50,575 nucleotides of DNA from Conidiobolus incongruus B7586 (GCA_000697335.1 JNEM01008164.1:1-50575); one strand, 5' to 3'. Counted from the stretch's first letter, positions 26,186-39,611 are shown. Numbers and translations are program-made. Notes: a model not told the origin generated them from the sequence alone.

Positions 26186-27697
26186 ATGTCTAAAAGTACA
26201 GAAAATATACCTGTAGTGAATTTACCCCCTGCGATTAATGTACATGACACTGATTTCGACCCTGTGGAATCAACTTCACCAAATGATGATATTTCTCACC
26301 AAATTCCTTCTGCCAATGTGAACAATCTCAATCCCAACCTTTACTCTCAAACTTCCGCCAGTGAATCATCTCAAAACTTATCCACATTCTCACCTGATAC
26401 CAATCCCATACCTAGATTAAAAAAGAATCGTTCAGTTGCCGAGTTGAGAGCTTCCACCCTATTTCTCAATCCTGACGGCGACGCTGAAAAGAGACTGTCT
26501 ATTTTGACCCCCAATTCTAACCGACCCTCCTCAGCACTCTACACAAATCCCAAGCGCTTGAGCCGTATTTCCAACACGTTAACCAACGAATCACCCATGT
26601 TAGCAGTTTACAGAGAGTCCGCTCTCAAAACCAAAGACCCTAGTATCCAAATGGAATTTGCCAAATTTATTTTCGAACAGATAGAATCTTTACAAGATCC
26701 TGATGTGGAAACTGATATTCCTACAGACCCCCAAAGTATTGAAAAATTGACAGAGGAGGGTGTATTCTGGATCAATAAGCTCAATAAGGCAAATCATCCT
26801 GAAGCTGTCTACATCGTCGGTACCTGGTATGAATACGGTAAATTTGGTTACTCTCCCAGCAACAGTCGTGCTTTGTCTCAGTACCAATCCGCTAATAAGC
26901 TTGGATACCCGGGTGGTATGTACAAGTTGGGAGAGCATTACGAGAATCGTAACGACTATACTAGAGCTGTCGCATTCTATAAGAAAGCCTGCGCTTTGGG
27001 AAGTCCAGCTGCTAACTATCGTATCGGTATTGCTTATCTCTACGGAGACATGAAACTACCTAAAAGTCACCAATCTGCTCACTTATTCCTCAGAAGAGCA
27101 GCACAAGCTGCCAACAAAGAATTTCCCCAAGGTGCTTACATTTGGGGATTGATCCTATTAGGTATTTTCGAAGTAGATTTGGGCTTAAGGGACGAAATTG
27201 AAGCTAGAGAATCTTTGGAAAAAGCTGCTGAACTCAAATACTTACCGGCTATTTATAAGTGTGGTTACTGTTACGAGTATGGTGAACACGGCTTCCCCGT
27301 CGATCCCGCCAAATCTATTTACTATTACAAATCAGGTGCTCACAGAGGACATCCTGAAGCTCAAATGGCCCTCAGTGGTTGGTATTTGACAGGTGCTCCA
27401 GGTATTTTGGAGCCCAAAGATTCTGAAGCTATCAAGTGGTGCTCATTAGCAGCCAATCAAAACTTACCCAAAGCTGAATATGCTATGGGCTACTACCACG
27501 AAGTTGGTGTTGGTGTCGAAATTAATATGGATGAAGCTATGAAATGGTACCATCGCGCCGCCAAAAATGGATCCATCGAAGCTAAAAAGAGATTGGAGAA
27601 GAACGCTCCCCAAGTCAGAAGATCTGAATATGGATCAGTCAAGATAAAGAAACATACCAAGGGCAAGGACAAGAAGGGAGATTGTGTTATTTGTTAA
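26186..27697 (+). CDS. Sel1-repeat chitin synthase activator (Chs4/Skt5-like) with CaaX
   Basis: Tandem Sel1 repeats (AQMALSGWYLTGAPGIL, LPKAEYAMGYYHEVGVG) and polybasic C-terminus ending CVIC. Confidence 0.88.
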   Translation: MSKSTENIPVVNLPPAINVHDTDFDPVESTSPNDDISHQIPSANVNNLNPNLYSQTSASESSQNLSTFSPDTNPIPRLKKNRSVAELRASTLFLNPDGDAEKRLSILTPNSNRPSSALYTNPKRLSRISNTLTNESPMLAVYRESALKTKDPSIQMEFAKFIFEQIESLQDPDVETDIPTDPQSIEKLTEEGVFWINKLNKANHPEAVYIVGTWYEYGKFGYSPSNSRALSQYQSANKLGYPGGMYKLGEHYENRNDYTRAVAFYKKACALGSPAANYRIGIAYLYGDMKLPKSHQSAHLFLRRAAQAANKEFPQGAYIWGLILLGIFEVDLGLRDEIEARESLEKAAELKYLPAIYKCGYCYEYGEHGFPVDPAKSIYYYKSGAHRGHPEAQMALSGWYLTGAPGILEPKDSEAIKWCSLAANQNLPKAEYAMGYYHEVGVGVEINMDEAMKWYHRAAKNGSIEAKKRLEKNAPQVRRSEYGSVKIKKHTKGKDKKGDCVIC

Positions 27698-28114
27698 ACT
27701 ATTTATCTATTCAATTTATATTAATTTTTAATATTTACAAATAGTTACTTCACAATAAATTAATCATCAGTACGTTAAGTAAGATTGTTATTAATTGATA
27801 TAGAATTGAAACAAATAAGCTCTTGCTTAAAGTGGAAATTTCCTCATAGATATTGATAAAATATTTATATTCATCATCACTATAAAATAATAGCAGAAAG
27901 TTTAAAATTTAACAGTTGTTAACAAAAACGATTATCATTAATAGAGATATATTAAATAACTCTTTATTTTCAAGCTATTGAATTTTTATCAATCGAAATC
28001 ATTCAAATGATTAAATGTGTCCAGAGTTAAATAATCAAAAATTGACATTATTTTGACTTAATTTTAATGAAGAATAGAAGTACAACAATATATAATAGAA
28101 CGAATGATAAATAA

Positions 28115-29320
28115 TCAATTAAATCCATTGTCCATGTCGTATTTTTTCAAATATTTCTGTTCAACTTCTCTTGTCTCATCCAAATTGGTTACTGAGGATT
28201 GATTAGCAGTTGCCATAATGGATTCATTGCCTTCTGTCAATCCTCCAAAGATGTAACCGTTAGCTTGATCAATGATTTTAATAAATTAAACATGGATTCT
28301 TTATCCTAAACGTAACAATTAATAACGAAATAGTCCATTAAATATGATAGAATTACCTCAACTTGTAAAGTTTTAAAACTGACCAAACTGTAATCTTCGA
28401 TCAATTCACATAATACCTCATTCAATTTTTGAAATTTCTTCCCAAATTGGCTTTCATTTAACTGGAATAATATTTCAAATCCATGACTTCTGTATAGTAT
28501 TCTAAATTAAAATCTTTAAAAATCGTTAATTTTCAGTGTTAATAATGTTATAATTGGTGATTGCCTAATTTGCCATAACTTTCCATCAAATCAATTTTGC
28601 TGAGTACGCTGACGTGAGGTAATTCCAACATAAGCGTACCCTTCAAACTCAACAGTAATACGGATACGAATTTGGTTGGATCTGTGCAGTAGTGAGCGTC
28701 TACTAAATGAACACATGCCAACTAAATTAAAAATATTAATACTCTAAATCATGGGAGTGATATTATTTATTACTCTAAAATCCAACCTCACCAAATGATC
28801 CACAATATTTCTAATTACATAATTATGTGTAAATAATTCGGCCTGTCCAGGTGAATCAAATATAATATAATAATCTATAAAATATATTAATTACTCCAAA
28901 AAATTTTAGACCAATATAGAATTTACCAGAATAATCTTTCAATTGGTCAGTCAACCAATTGATATTCTCTAACAGGTATTCCAAACAGTACATAATACCA
29001 CCGTTCGGGCCTAAATGATATGTTTCCATAGCATCTTGCAAAGTGCTTAAATCTTGAATATTGATAGTACAGTCATAAGGGATAAAATCGTTAGCTGGGT
29101 CTAAATTCACAATGACACACTTTCTATTGATTGTTTCAAATATATTAATTATTTTAATGAGTATTTCTTAAGTCAATACCTTTTAATCCCCTCACAAAAT
29201 TGTTGTAAACCGTAGCAATATGTAGTCTTGCCAGAACTTGGAGGGCCAATAGCAATCTAGATTTCATCAAAAATTCAAATACAAAAAAGTTTTAAAAGTT
29301 ATTACTTGACCAAATGGCAT
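28115..29320 (-). CDS. GPN2: GPN-loop GTPase 2; two frame breaks and one GC-AG intron (assembly errors or young pseudogene)
   Basis: [76 protein letters not shown]. Confidence 0.85.
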
Positions 29321-29779
29321 AGTTTATAATATATAACAATAAAGGTTTAAATATGTATAATTTAGTGTTGAATTAATTAAAATATAGTTTGTTTATTATA
29401 ATTTTAATTAAAAATCAATTCCAAATAACAAAATTTATAACTCTATTTAGTTGTCACAATTATTATGGGTTACATAATTTTTCTTATTTTACATAAAATT
29501 AAATGTATTAAAACAGAAATTAAAGAAAGGCAAAATTTTAAAATCAAAATTTAATATAATTTTTAATATATAATATACAAAAATAAATAAATAATCTAAT
29601 ATTACTACTTTTTTATTATCAAAAACACTTTGCTATACTTTTGGTAACCTTATAACAGTTAAAAAAACAATTCCTTTTATTAAAGACTAAAATTTAATAT
29701 TTTATAAACTAATTAAATTTATTTATAGGAATTTTTTATATAAGAATATTTTTTAGTTATGTAAATCAATTATTATTAG

Positions 29780-30720
29780 ATAAGTTATACTCTAATAAAT
29801 ATACTGGATGTAGTAGTTCTTTCTAATTTCTTATATAGAAAATTTATTACAAATTTAATTTTATGTATTTTATAATTATTATACAAAATAATAAATAACT
29901 TTAATCTAAAATAAGAATATTTAATAAAAAATATATATATTGTTATATTTTATTATGAAAATATATATTCACTAATAAAAAAATGCTTATTTATTGGAAT
30001 TTATAAAAACAAAGTTGTTTTTACTTAATATTTTGTTTTGTTTTTGAATAAAAGATTATATAAAAGGATTTAAAATCTATTAATTATAATAATCTAATTT
30101 AAAAGCTTTTGTTTTTGGATATATCTTAATAGGCTATATATAATTATAGCTACTCTAATTTCCTAAATTTATGATAAATCATAAGATATTTATTTTATAT
30201 TCTTATTAATTAAACCAAGTCTAGACTTTAAAATAATTTAATATATTTATATAATTAGTTTTAGATTACTTTGATAATTCTCTAACTGTAATAAAAAAGC
30301 ATTTTTAATATATTTTTTTATTTCATTAATAAAAGAAAAAGTCACAATCAAAATTAATTTTAAATTATAATATATTTTAAATAATATTTTTTTAACTTAT
30401 AATGAAAAATTTAATAGTATAAATAGTTTTGTATAAAATATTATTTTTATAAACTGATTATAAACCTCAAATGGTTTTAAAAGTTTTGTGGTTAAGTTTT
30501 AATAATAAAATAAAGCACTTTTGATAGTTATTATCTAGTTTGAAGTAATTAAACTCGGTAATAAATTTTTAAATAAAAATATTTTAATGATAATTGTATA
30601 TATAGTGTGAAAATATAATTTTTCTCATTTATTTTATATATTTTTTTTAAAACTAGCAATATGTTTGAAAAATCAAAAATTAAAAAATTTGCCATTTTTT
30701 CTTAACTGATAATAATATTT
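29780..30720. repeat. Decayed dispersed repeat, copy B (ends approximate)
   Basis: Same-orientation collinear similarity with 8001-8915. Confidence 0.65.
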
Positions 30721-30724
30721 TCAA

Positions 30725-31642
30725 GAATTCAATGATTTTGATGAGGTAGACAAGCTTAATCTTGTTGTCATATTGATTGGGCTTAAATTGATAATACTAA
30801 ACTGGCTGCTAGCTAGTACCAAGTAATAAGCCAATATTACTGTTAATGATCACACAAGTACCATCAATTTTTGATTGGTTTAGACAATATCATAGATTTC
30901 ATTTTTAACATTAATATTCATATTTTCTTCAAACAATATTATATGAGGTTTAAATGTATGTGTATGACAAACTGGACAAGTTAGTAAATTGAATTGATTG
31001 CAATCTGCATTTTCAGATAATTGAACGTCACCGTATGATGTCATCTTGATATCGGAAGGATCTTCGGGTTGGAAGAAATGTTGTCAGTTGGGATTTAAGT
31101 GTTTAAAGTGGAATAAGAAATCGTCACAGGTGGTTTGATGCCCGCATGTAATACAAGCCACCTTATATAATGTATCGTGCATTTCCACTACGTTTTTACT
31201 GCCCGACTTTTGGTGAAAACTGTCGATATTTTGAGTGATGATGGAACTGATTAAGCCCTGTTTTTACAGTCTGTTAAAATGTAGTGAGCTGAGTTGGGCT
31301 GGGATTTCGCGACGCGTTCATAATCAAAGAATGATCTGAGCCAGTATCTCTTGCGATTATATAGCAAAGAAGTAAATTGCTGATAGGTGATCGGCTTATG
31401 ATTGGGGTTAGTAATAACACCACTTTCGGACCATGGTAATCAGCAATACCAGAATCAGTACTTACACTTATTTTATAAATAAGTGTTGAACAATTAATAA
31501 TGATTGATGCTGTCAGCATACCAGCACCAGTCAAAACAGTACAACTACCATCAGCACTTTTCATAACATCTAAAAAGGAACTAACATTGGATACTGATAA
31601 CTTAGTAATAATATTGGACAGTATATAGATAATTGACCGCAT
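30725..31642 (-). pseudogene. SIRT4-like sirtuin pseudogene
   Basis: VLTGAG|VSTDSGIADYHGP, RYWLRSF, IITQNIDSFHQKSGS, VEMHDTLYKVACITCG, GDVQL, CPVC..KPHIILFEEN. Frameshifts, in-frame TGA (31084-31086) and a splice acceptor TAG>TAA. Confidence 0.88.
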
Positions 31643-31939
31643 GACGTCAATATTTTTTATATGATCAATAAACCCATCGATTCATGATATATTAAATTGA
31701 AGCAGATCAATTCTAAACAATTTGTGAAGCTAGCAACATTAGTAAATTGGTAAATCTATAAAAATCAAAAATTTAAAATTAATATTTTAAAAATAAAACA
31801 AAATTAATAAATTTAAATTCAAAACGAATGAAATCATAAATTAAAATTGTAAAAATTAACTAAAAATTTCATTTTGCTATTTCAAGTAATTAATTTGATT
31901 AAGTTCAGTAGGTTAAATATTCGACATCGTCTTTAGTGG

Positions 31940-32701
31940 ATGATTATTTTGTTTTTATTTTATGTTTAATTATTAATACTGTTAATGCGTATACTTCATC
32001 AGTTCAATTCGAGTGTTTGGATTCAATCATGGATCAATGGACCTTACCAGGGCATAAAATTGAACGGTCAAGGTTTAATTAGCTATGATACTAACTCTAA
32101 AGGTAATATTATATGTTTCGTATTCATTTTTAAATTAATTGTATGTGTATTGATAGGATTTGGTAAATGCTCATATCCAGATGGAATTCATGGATACTTC
32201 ACAGGGGTGAGTGCTGCAGTGTTTAATAATGCTATCAGCTGTGGGATGTGTTTAAAGGTGACCAATCCCAAAACTAAAGCGAGTGTAGTTGTTCATGTTG
32301 TGGATCAATGTGTAAGCTGTCAAGAGGGTGATTTAAACATGAATAAGCTGGCGTACAGTGTAATTGGTGATTTTACCGCTGGTACTGTAAAAGCTGTGTG
32401 GGAGCAGGTGAGATGTCCGACGATGGGACCTTTGATGTATTATTGGGATAAATACAGTGATGATTGGAATGCTCTGTTACAGATCAGAAATCCTGCTTAT
32501 CCTGTTCAATCTGTGGAAATCCAACAGGAGGATGACTGGGTGTCACTCAAACTAAGGGATGATAATCATTGGGAACTCAAGCATATGGGATATGGCCCAT
32601 TTAATATCAAAGTTAGAGGTACAAACGGAAATGTTGTTGTAGACAACAATATATCCATTAACAAACTAGAGCTTCCAGTGTACAGCGATGGTCAACTTTA
32701 A
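31940..32701 (+). CDS. Expansin-like protein (DPBB + CBM63); signal-peptide region disrupted
   Basis: GKCSY, CGMCLKV, VVDQCVSC..GDL, WEQVRCP, LQIRNPAYPVQSVEI, GPFNIKV. Intron 32103-32156. TAA at 31967-31969 between ATG 31940 and ATG 31985. Confidence 0.8.
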
Positions 32702-32820
32702 TTTCTTTTATAAGAAGATCTAATAAGTAATAATATGAAGTGTTTAATATATTAATGATAATTAATTTAACAGATTATATGATAAATACAAATAAAATTT
32801 ATTGATATAATTCGTATTGA

Positions 32821-33874
32821 TTAAATGTCATAATAATCAATATGGTCTCCAGACTTGAATTTGTCATTCCAAATTAAATCAATCAACTTATCGGAACTTA
32901 TTTCCATGTCAACTAGTTGATTCTAATGGTTTCAAATGGTGGATTACACTTTAGTTTATAATAATAGTATATGATTCATAGATTTACCTCATCATGTAAT
33001 TTTTGATAAGTTTTTCTCATTTCTTCATCCCCTAATAAGGTACGGAAATCACCTTGCATATCATTGTTGAGAGGTCCAGGTGCATAGTTCAACACTTGAA
33101 TATCGGGCTATAAAGCATCAAACTAATTTAGCACAATGATCAATAGATATTTGATAGATCAAATGTTACATTTTCTTTAGCAAGAATTTCCATTAAAGCT
33201 TTCCTAGCGAATTTAAATGTGCAATAAAGACTCAAATAAGGGAAGGTTTGAACAGCTGCCAAGGATGAGGTGTTAATTAGAGTGGACTTGGTAAATTTTT
33301 CAAAGGATCTCCATTTTTGGAATTCAGAGCTAATAGTATTATTTATATGAGTTATTATTAATTAATGACTAATATATTTACCATAAACCCCATAAAGAAG
33401 TCAAATTGATATTGGAATACTCTTGAACTTGTTGTAAATTGAAGGAGGTGGCTTTGCTAGAGATATCTCCCAAGCTACCAGCGTTATTAAATAATGCTAA
33501 ATATTTGTTGGTAGCGTTCAAAAATTCGGAAGTTCGAACATTTTCCTTTAAATATCAAATTTTAATTTTAAATAAAGTTCAATACAAATTAAATGATTTA
33601 CCTTGATCAAGTCAAAAATTTCGTCATATTTAGTTTGTAAACTATCAAGATTACTTAACTCGACGTTATCAACCACATGAACTCTTCCACTGTTTCCCAA
33701 TTGGGTTTGAATTTCAGTTTGAGCAGCTTGTAATTGTTGTTGATTTCTTCCCAATAAGATGAGATCAATAAAGTGACTTTGATTTTTAGTTAATTGTTTA
33801 ACATAAGACTTGGCAATAGACTTTCCAAATCCTTTGTTAGCTCCAGATATAATAACAAGATGATGAGTTGACAT
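32821..33874 (-). CDS. Sepiapterin-reductase-like short-chain dehydrogenase/reductase, 5 exons
   Basis: ISGANKGFG, FNNAGSLG, NTSSLAA, YCTFK (YxxxK), VLNYAPGPLNNDMQ, FKSGDHIDYYDI*. Confidence 0.88.
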
Positions 33875-34193
33875 AATTAACTATTAATCAATTTAGAAAT
33901 GATATTGACAATATTTGATCTGAATTTATACTATCCATTTTCATATTCATTTTAATTTAGCTTCACATAAATTATGGTTTGATCAAATTGAGCTATTTAT
34001 ATCTCTTTTTAATTAACTAATGATTATAAGTTAAGCGCATGGTAAAATATGTTTATAATGAATATTATTTAGTAGTTAATTGGTTATTATACTGATAATT
34101 GTATCAATTTAAATTTATTTTGTACAAGTTAAATATTTTAGATTTGCTAATATTTATCAATAAATCAAATAAAGATTATTAAATAATTCAATT

Positions 34194-37100
34194 TTAAGGT
34201 TTCTTTCGGGGCGTTTTCTTATTAGAAAAAGTTTGTCCCTCAATTAGCAACTGGGCTTCTTTACTCAATTTCCCATATCGAATGGGTACTTGTTGTGGAC
34301 AGCTTCGAAGATTTGGACGTGGCGGACGAGTTGATCTCCTTAACACTCTAGTAGATGAAATGATTTTTGATTTATCGGGAGTTTTAGTAGCTGACGATTT
34401 GGGATTTGAAGAATTGGGAGGATTTGGAGGACGGGGAGAAGGAGGGGTCAAAGATTCAGGAGTATCGGAAGTAAGCGCAGATAATTCAGAGCTAGAAAGA
34501 TTTGTTGAAGATGACTGAAGAGGATTGTTGATCTCTTCAAGTGTATGAAAAAAGGGTAACATACTAGAAATATTGAAATCACGTGACAATATCCCAAGCT
34601 TAGAGTCTGTCTCTAAAGCCTTCCATTGCTGCTCAAGTTGTGCAAAAATACCCTCAGCTCTTGCTTTATGTCTTTTTGCTGTATTATGGAAAATGGTAGA
34701 TTTGTCATTATAAGTCATGCAATTGTCATATATAAGATTTACATCAGCCTATCAAAAAGGAATTACTATAAATTATAAATCAAATTAATTCTAAAGTACC
34801 TTGAAATCTTCAATATTAAAATAACAATTTGCATTAACTTTGTTCGTCAGGGTAGAAAAATCCATTGGATTCTTAATTATAGTTGAATACATAGGGGCTA
34901 TTTCATCGGTCACAGGTTCAGCAAACATTGAAGTCGCATCCATCCTATTTAAAATCAGATTTCAAAAATGTATAAACCATATAAAATTTTACCTTTGAAG
35001 TTTACTAACAGCCCAGAGTAAAAGAGGTTTATGAGGAACAAAATATGCCTCCCAATATTGAGTAATATTACGATATAATTTCGCTTTAACTCTCTCTCTT
35101 TTTCTGATCAATTCTGTTAACATAAGTATTCTTTCCAATTCTGTTCTTCTGGCAAGCAATGCCTAATAAAAATGTAAGAAATTAACAGGTTTTAAATAAA
35201 TTGAAACATGAAAATAGAATACCTGATGTTCATTTTGCTCATGCTCGCCATCCAATTTGGTTGGTATTTTAGCTGTCCATGGCTATTTAAATATATTATT
35301 AAGTCACTCCGATATGATGAAATAATTATATACCTCTAGATGCAATCTTTTAATTAAATAAGCTCCTCTGTATCTCTGCTTCTTGAGAGACCAATATTGA
35401 CAAACTCCTGTAACAAACCATTCGGGTTGGTTCAAATTAAATGGAGCAATAATTTCAAGTGCCGATCTATATAAAGAAGAAGGAACAATGATCTCTTCTG
35501 TAGAAAAAGATTGTTGGTGAGCTCTAGCCGATTTTGTAGCAGCAGAGTCTATACATTGTGTTAATATATCAAAATATAAATAAGCTCAGGTTTATTGTTA
35601 CCTTTGTTATGCTTATTTTTGGATTGTTTATGCATATTGGAAAACTTTTCTAATAGCTTTTGTTGTGCTTCATTGTAAATGACTTTATCTTTAAATTTCA
35701 TCTAAAAACATTAATATGATGAATACATATATATTAATGTATTTGAGTTATTTTTATATTACAGGTGTATGACGATGACAAAAGACTTTCCAATCGAGCA
35801 CGTTGTATTTATTCAACTTGATTTTCATATAGAACTTTGCTTCCCTAGCACAAGTTGCGTGAAATGCTGTTGTACAAGACTTTATACTACATTGGATAGG
35901 TGCTCCTTGCTTTTGTTTACAGATATAACATAACTAAATTAAATAGAAATCTGTATGAATTAATGTGAAGATTAATTGACATCAAAAAATAATAAATTAC
36001 CAACTTCCATCTGGATCTTGGGATCTGATCCACATTGGCAATTGGTTCCATAGTATCTAAATTTACAAACGATGTTTCTGGCACCCAATCAGCACAAAGA
36101 ACATGAGCCCATTTATTATTCGTGGTTTGTTTGAAAGCGCCTCCTTCATTAGGGCATAGAAGGCATGACTAATTTACCAGACGATTAATGAAAAACAATA
36201 AATAATTTATAATTGAATAAATTACCACTGGATTACTAGGAGATACCATACATTTTCTGCATAGCCACTCTCCTTCAGGAATAAATGGTACTCCATAACA
36301 CACTGAAAATAGGTTAACATCTGCAGATAGAATGATTTTAAAAATTAGCATAAACTTACTTTGATGTACAGCTAAATCGCAACCATCGCAAAAAACTATA
36401 CAATTAGAGTTTTCGCAATCATTTTTGTCACAAATTTCGCAAGAAGCATCGGATTTGGCTTGGATATCTTGAATAGTTAAATTTTCGTATTTTTTCTGCC
36501 TTGACTAAAACAAAAACCAATTAATCAAACTTTGATAAAAGCGATATTTAAAATCTTACGATTTCAAACCAGCCCTTTTCAATATGATCCATCAAAGTTT
36601 CAAAAGCTTTAAGATATTGCGGTGCGACTGAACTTGTCCTCTTTTTTGACATAAACATATTTAACCATTTTCTATCTGAACACAATGAAAAAAATCAATA
36701 ATTTTAATGATAATTTAAGTATTATCAATACCTTCTTCGTCCATATCATACTCAACTTGAATATTAGGTTGATCAAGAGACTCTAATTGAACCAAAATAT
36801 TAATAAAAATGAACTTTTTTGACAAGATAAATAATTACCTCGAGCTCTTAAAAAGTGTTTATTAGGTAGTTTGAATTCATCCATGTAATCACCTTCATCA
36901 TTTATTAACTTTGGATCGAGATAATCAAAAATTTCTTTGGTTTGGATTTGAATTTGGGGTAAAGATAATTGCTCTTTTAATGTAGAGTTATTAGATATGC
37001 TAAAAGGGGTCGAACATTCACTTCCTTTGACATTGTCAGATACCAATTCTTTTGTCAAATTATTTTCTATAATGTTTATTTTCAGAGTACTACTCAATTC

Positions 37101-37379
37101 CAGCGTTGGGAAAAGATCGTTGAAATTTCTCTCTTCAGGTGGTTTTAAAGCGTTGGAAGTTGCATTTGTAGTAGAAGGTTTCCTTATCGGTTTACCTCTA
37201 GAAGAAGGCTTGGTGGTGAGGGGTGAAAGTGGTATAGATGAATTGTCATCTGCATTAATTGAAGTAGTACTTGGTTTCCTTATAATGAGTTTTATTCTCG
37301 GAGATTTACTAGGATCGTTTTTAATTAAATGAGCATTTGTTTCGTCTGAGCTACTATCATAAGTGATATCTGCAGTCAT
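34194..37379 (-). CDS. Nto1/BRPF-like NuA3 scaffold (EPC, PHD-zinc knuckle-PHD, bromodomain), multi-exon
   Basis: [100 protein letters not shown]. Confidence 0.9.
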
Positions 37380-37931
37380 TATGTTTTTTAAACAAAATGA
37401 CGACTTATATATTTAATATTAACTAATTTTATAGTAAATAGTACAATATTCGTAAGATACCTTTATTTAAGTATCTTAAATGGAAGAAAAATATTCGAGA
37501 CTTGTGAATGAGTTGTAAGATTGATTATTGAAGTTTGGACTTATTGAATGCACTATTTACTAATTTGAATGAGTTTCTTATGTTGGTAGTGTAATCATTT
37601 TGATAGGATTTTCGTCATTCATTTAAAAACGCACCAAATTCTAACTCTCCTAATTATTTAATTTGATTGGACTAACCCTTTGTCCAACTCCATACATTCA
37701 ATCAACCAGTTTAAAACTTAATTATAGAGCCAATCAAATTGAAATTTAGGTTATTAGTTGATTATTTAAAAAAAAAGTTTTGATAAGAAAATTGACAATA
37801 TAGATTCAATCATATTATAAAATAATTGGTAATTAATATAATGGAACAAATAATATATTTTAAGTGTTGATTTATACTTACCTAATTTATATGCAATATT
37901 TCATCTAAAAAATTAACTTTTATTCAATCAA

Positions 37932-37951
37932 TAAAAATAAAAATAAAAATA

Positions 37952-37979
<28 letters not shown>
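37932..37979. repeat. (TAAAAA)8 tandem repeat
   Basis: Directly visible. Confidence 0.9.
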
Positions 37980-37982
<3 letters not shown>

Positions 37983-39611
37983 AATCAAATCCGAATTTGA
38001 TAATCTCTTAACTACTTGAATAATATTACAAATTTAAGATAATATATTATATTATATTTCTTAAAAAAGTTATTTATATTTTTAATTTATATTTTTTAAA
38101 TCACAAAAGATTATTATATCATTGTTATATTTATATGTTTTTCATTGGTTTTATAATAGAATGTTATTAAATTTATAATAATTAATTTACAATATTACAC
38201 TCAAAATCAGATATATCAATTCTTAACTCATTAATAATAACAATATATTTCACGTTATATTATTGAACATATTTTAAATAGTATATTAAAGTGATACAAT
38301 TAATTTTGAGTGTATGTTCAATCAATCAAATTAAAATAATATATAATCTAATTTTATTGCTGTATTATTTAAATAATTACTATTCAAAATAAACTTCATT
38401 TTAAATAGGTTAAACTATAAATCATCATTCAAAATATTTTTTCTGATATTTCATATAAATTTAATATTTAAAAATTATATATTTACTAATAATTTTATCG
38501 TTTAGACCTTATTGAAGTCATATTTATATACTTGATTTTAATATACTAATTTGGACTTTTTTGAATATAATGGATTAAATATTGTGTTAGTATCAAATTA
38601 TCCCGAATAGTTTTAATCCCATAAACCAAAACATCCACTCAAATGAAATATAAATTCAAATAATTTTTTCACTTTATACCTTGACATCAATCAATTTTAT
38701 AAAAGCACTATAGTAGAATGAAAGATTCTTAGGAATCGGTCTCTGATACTTTTAGTCGTTGAAAAATTGTAGATAACCTTTAAACCTTAGTTTTTAATGG
38801 TGCCAAATTAGTTAGAGAAAATTCTTCGTAATTTTCAATGATCTAACTTGGCAATCCGCTAAGGTACATTAATTTATTTAGTTGAAAATTATTTTATTTA
38901 CTTTGCTATATATACCCCTAGATTATTCTAAATGTTACTTTAGATTAAGGCTAATAGTGGTATATTATATTTTTAAATGAATAAATTAATTCGAAATTTA
39001 TCTTTAATCATCAAGATCCAAGCACAAGCTATCTATTACTAAATCTCTCGATATCTATTAATTTTGTATTAGGAATATAATCTGTAAATATACCAGTTAC
39101 ACTATTACTAATTCCTACAATGTTTAACATATTGTATAGTAAATATTTTCACAGATCAACCTAATACTCGCCAATATTTTAGTTAACTCTGATTTTAAAT
39201 TCATATATAAGAAAATAAATATATTTAAAACTGAAACTCATCGAATCTAATATAACCACTTATTTTGAAATTTAGACATTTAGACTTGATTCAATTTTGT
39301 TATTTTATCACATTTTTTGAAAAATTTAAATGAGTTTAAATTAATTATAATATTAAATTGAGTTTTTTATAATATCTAAAAAATAAGTATTAGTCTTTAA
39401 TGAAAAATGAAATTATCTGAATTGATCAATAGAATTGAAAAATGATACGAAACTGGTTGATTACAATGATAAATTAAAATGAACTAACCCCAATTCGTCC
39501 TTGAGTCACACCGATTGCGAAAACCCTGAATGAACATGTGCTTGGTATATAAAGAGTAATGATATAATAATCCTCAATATTTTTTTGGTCATTAATTCTT
39601 TCCTTGTAATA

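Noticed and set aside
27683..27697. CaaX (CVIC) on the Sel1 protein
   Set aside because: Already established for the Chs4/Skt5 family, so not novel.
15149..29320. Genome-wide recoding (stop reassignment, Euplotes-like frameshifting or insertional editing) as the cause of the frame breaks
   Set aside because: No shared motif at the breaks. TAA, TAG and TGA all end genes here, and long genes such as PEX1 and UBP8 are clean. Indel error or decay is simpler.
31084..31086. In-frame TGA as selenocysteine
   Set aside because: It falls at a probable Trp position in a gene with many other lesions, and no SECIS is evident.
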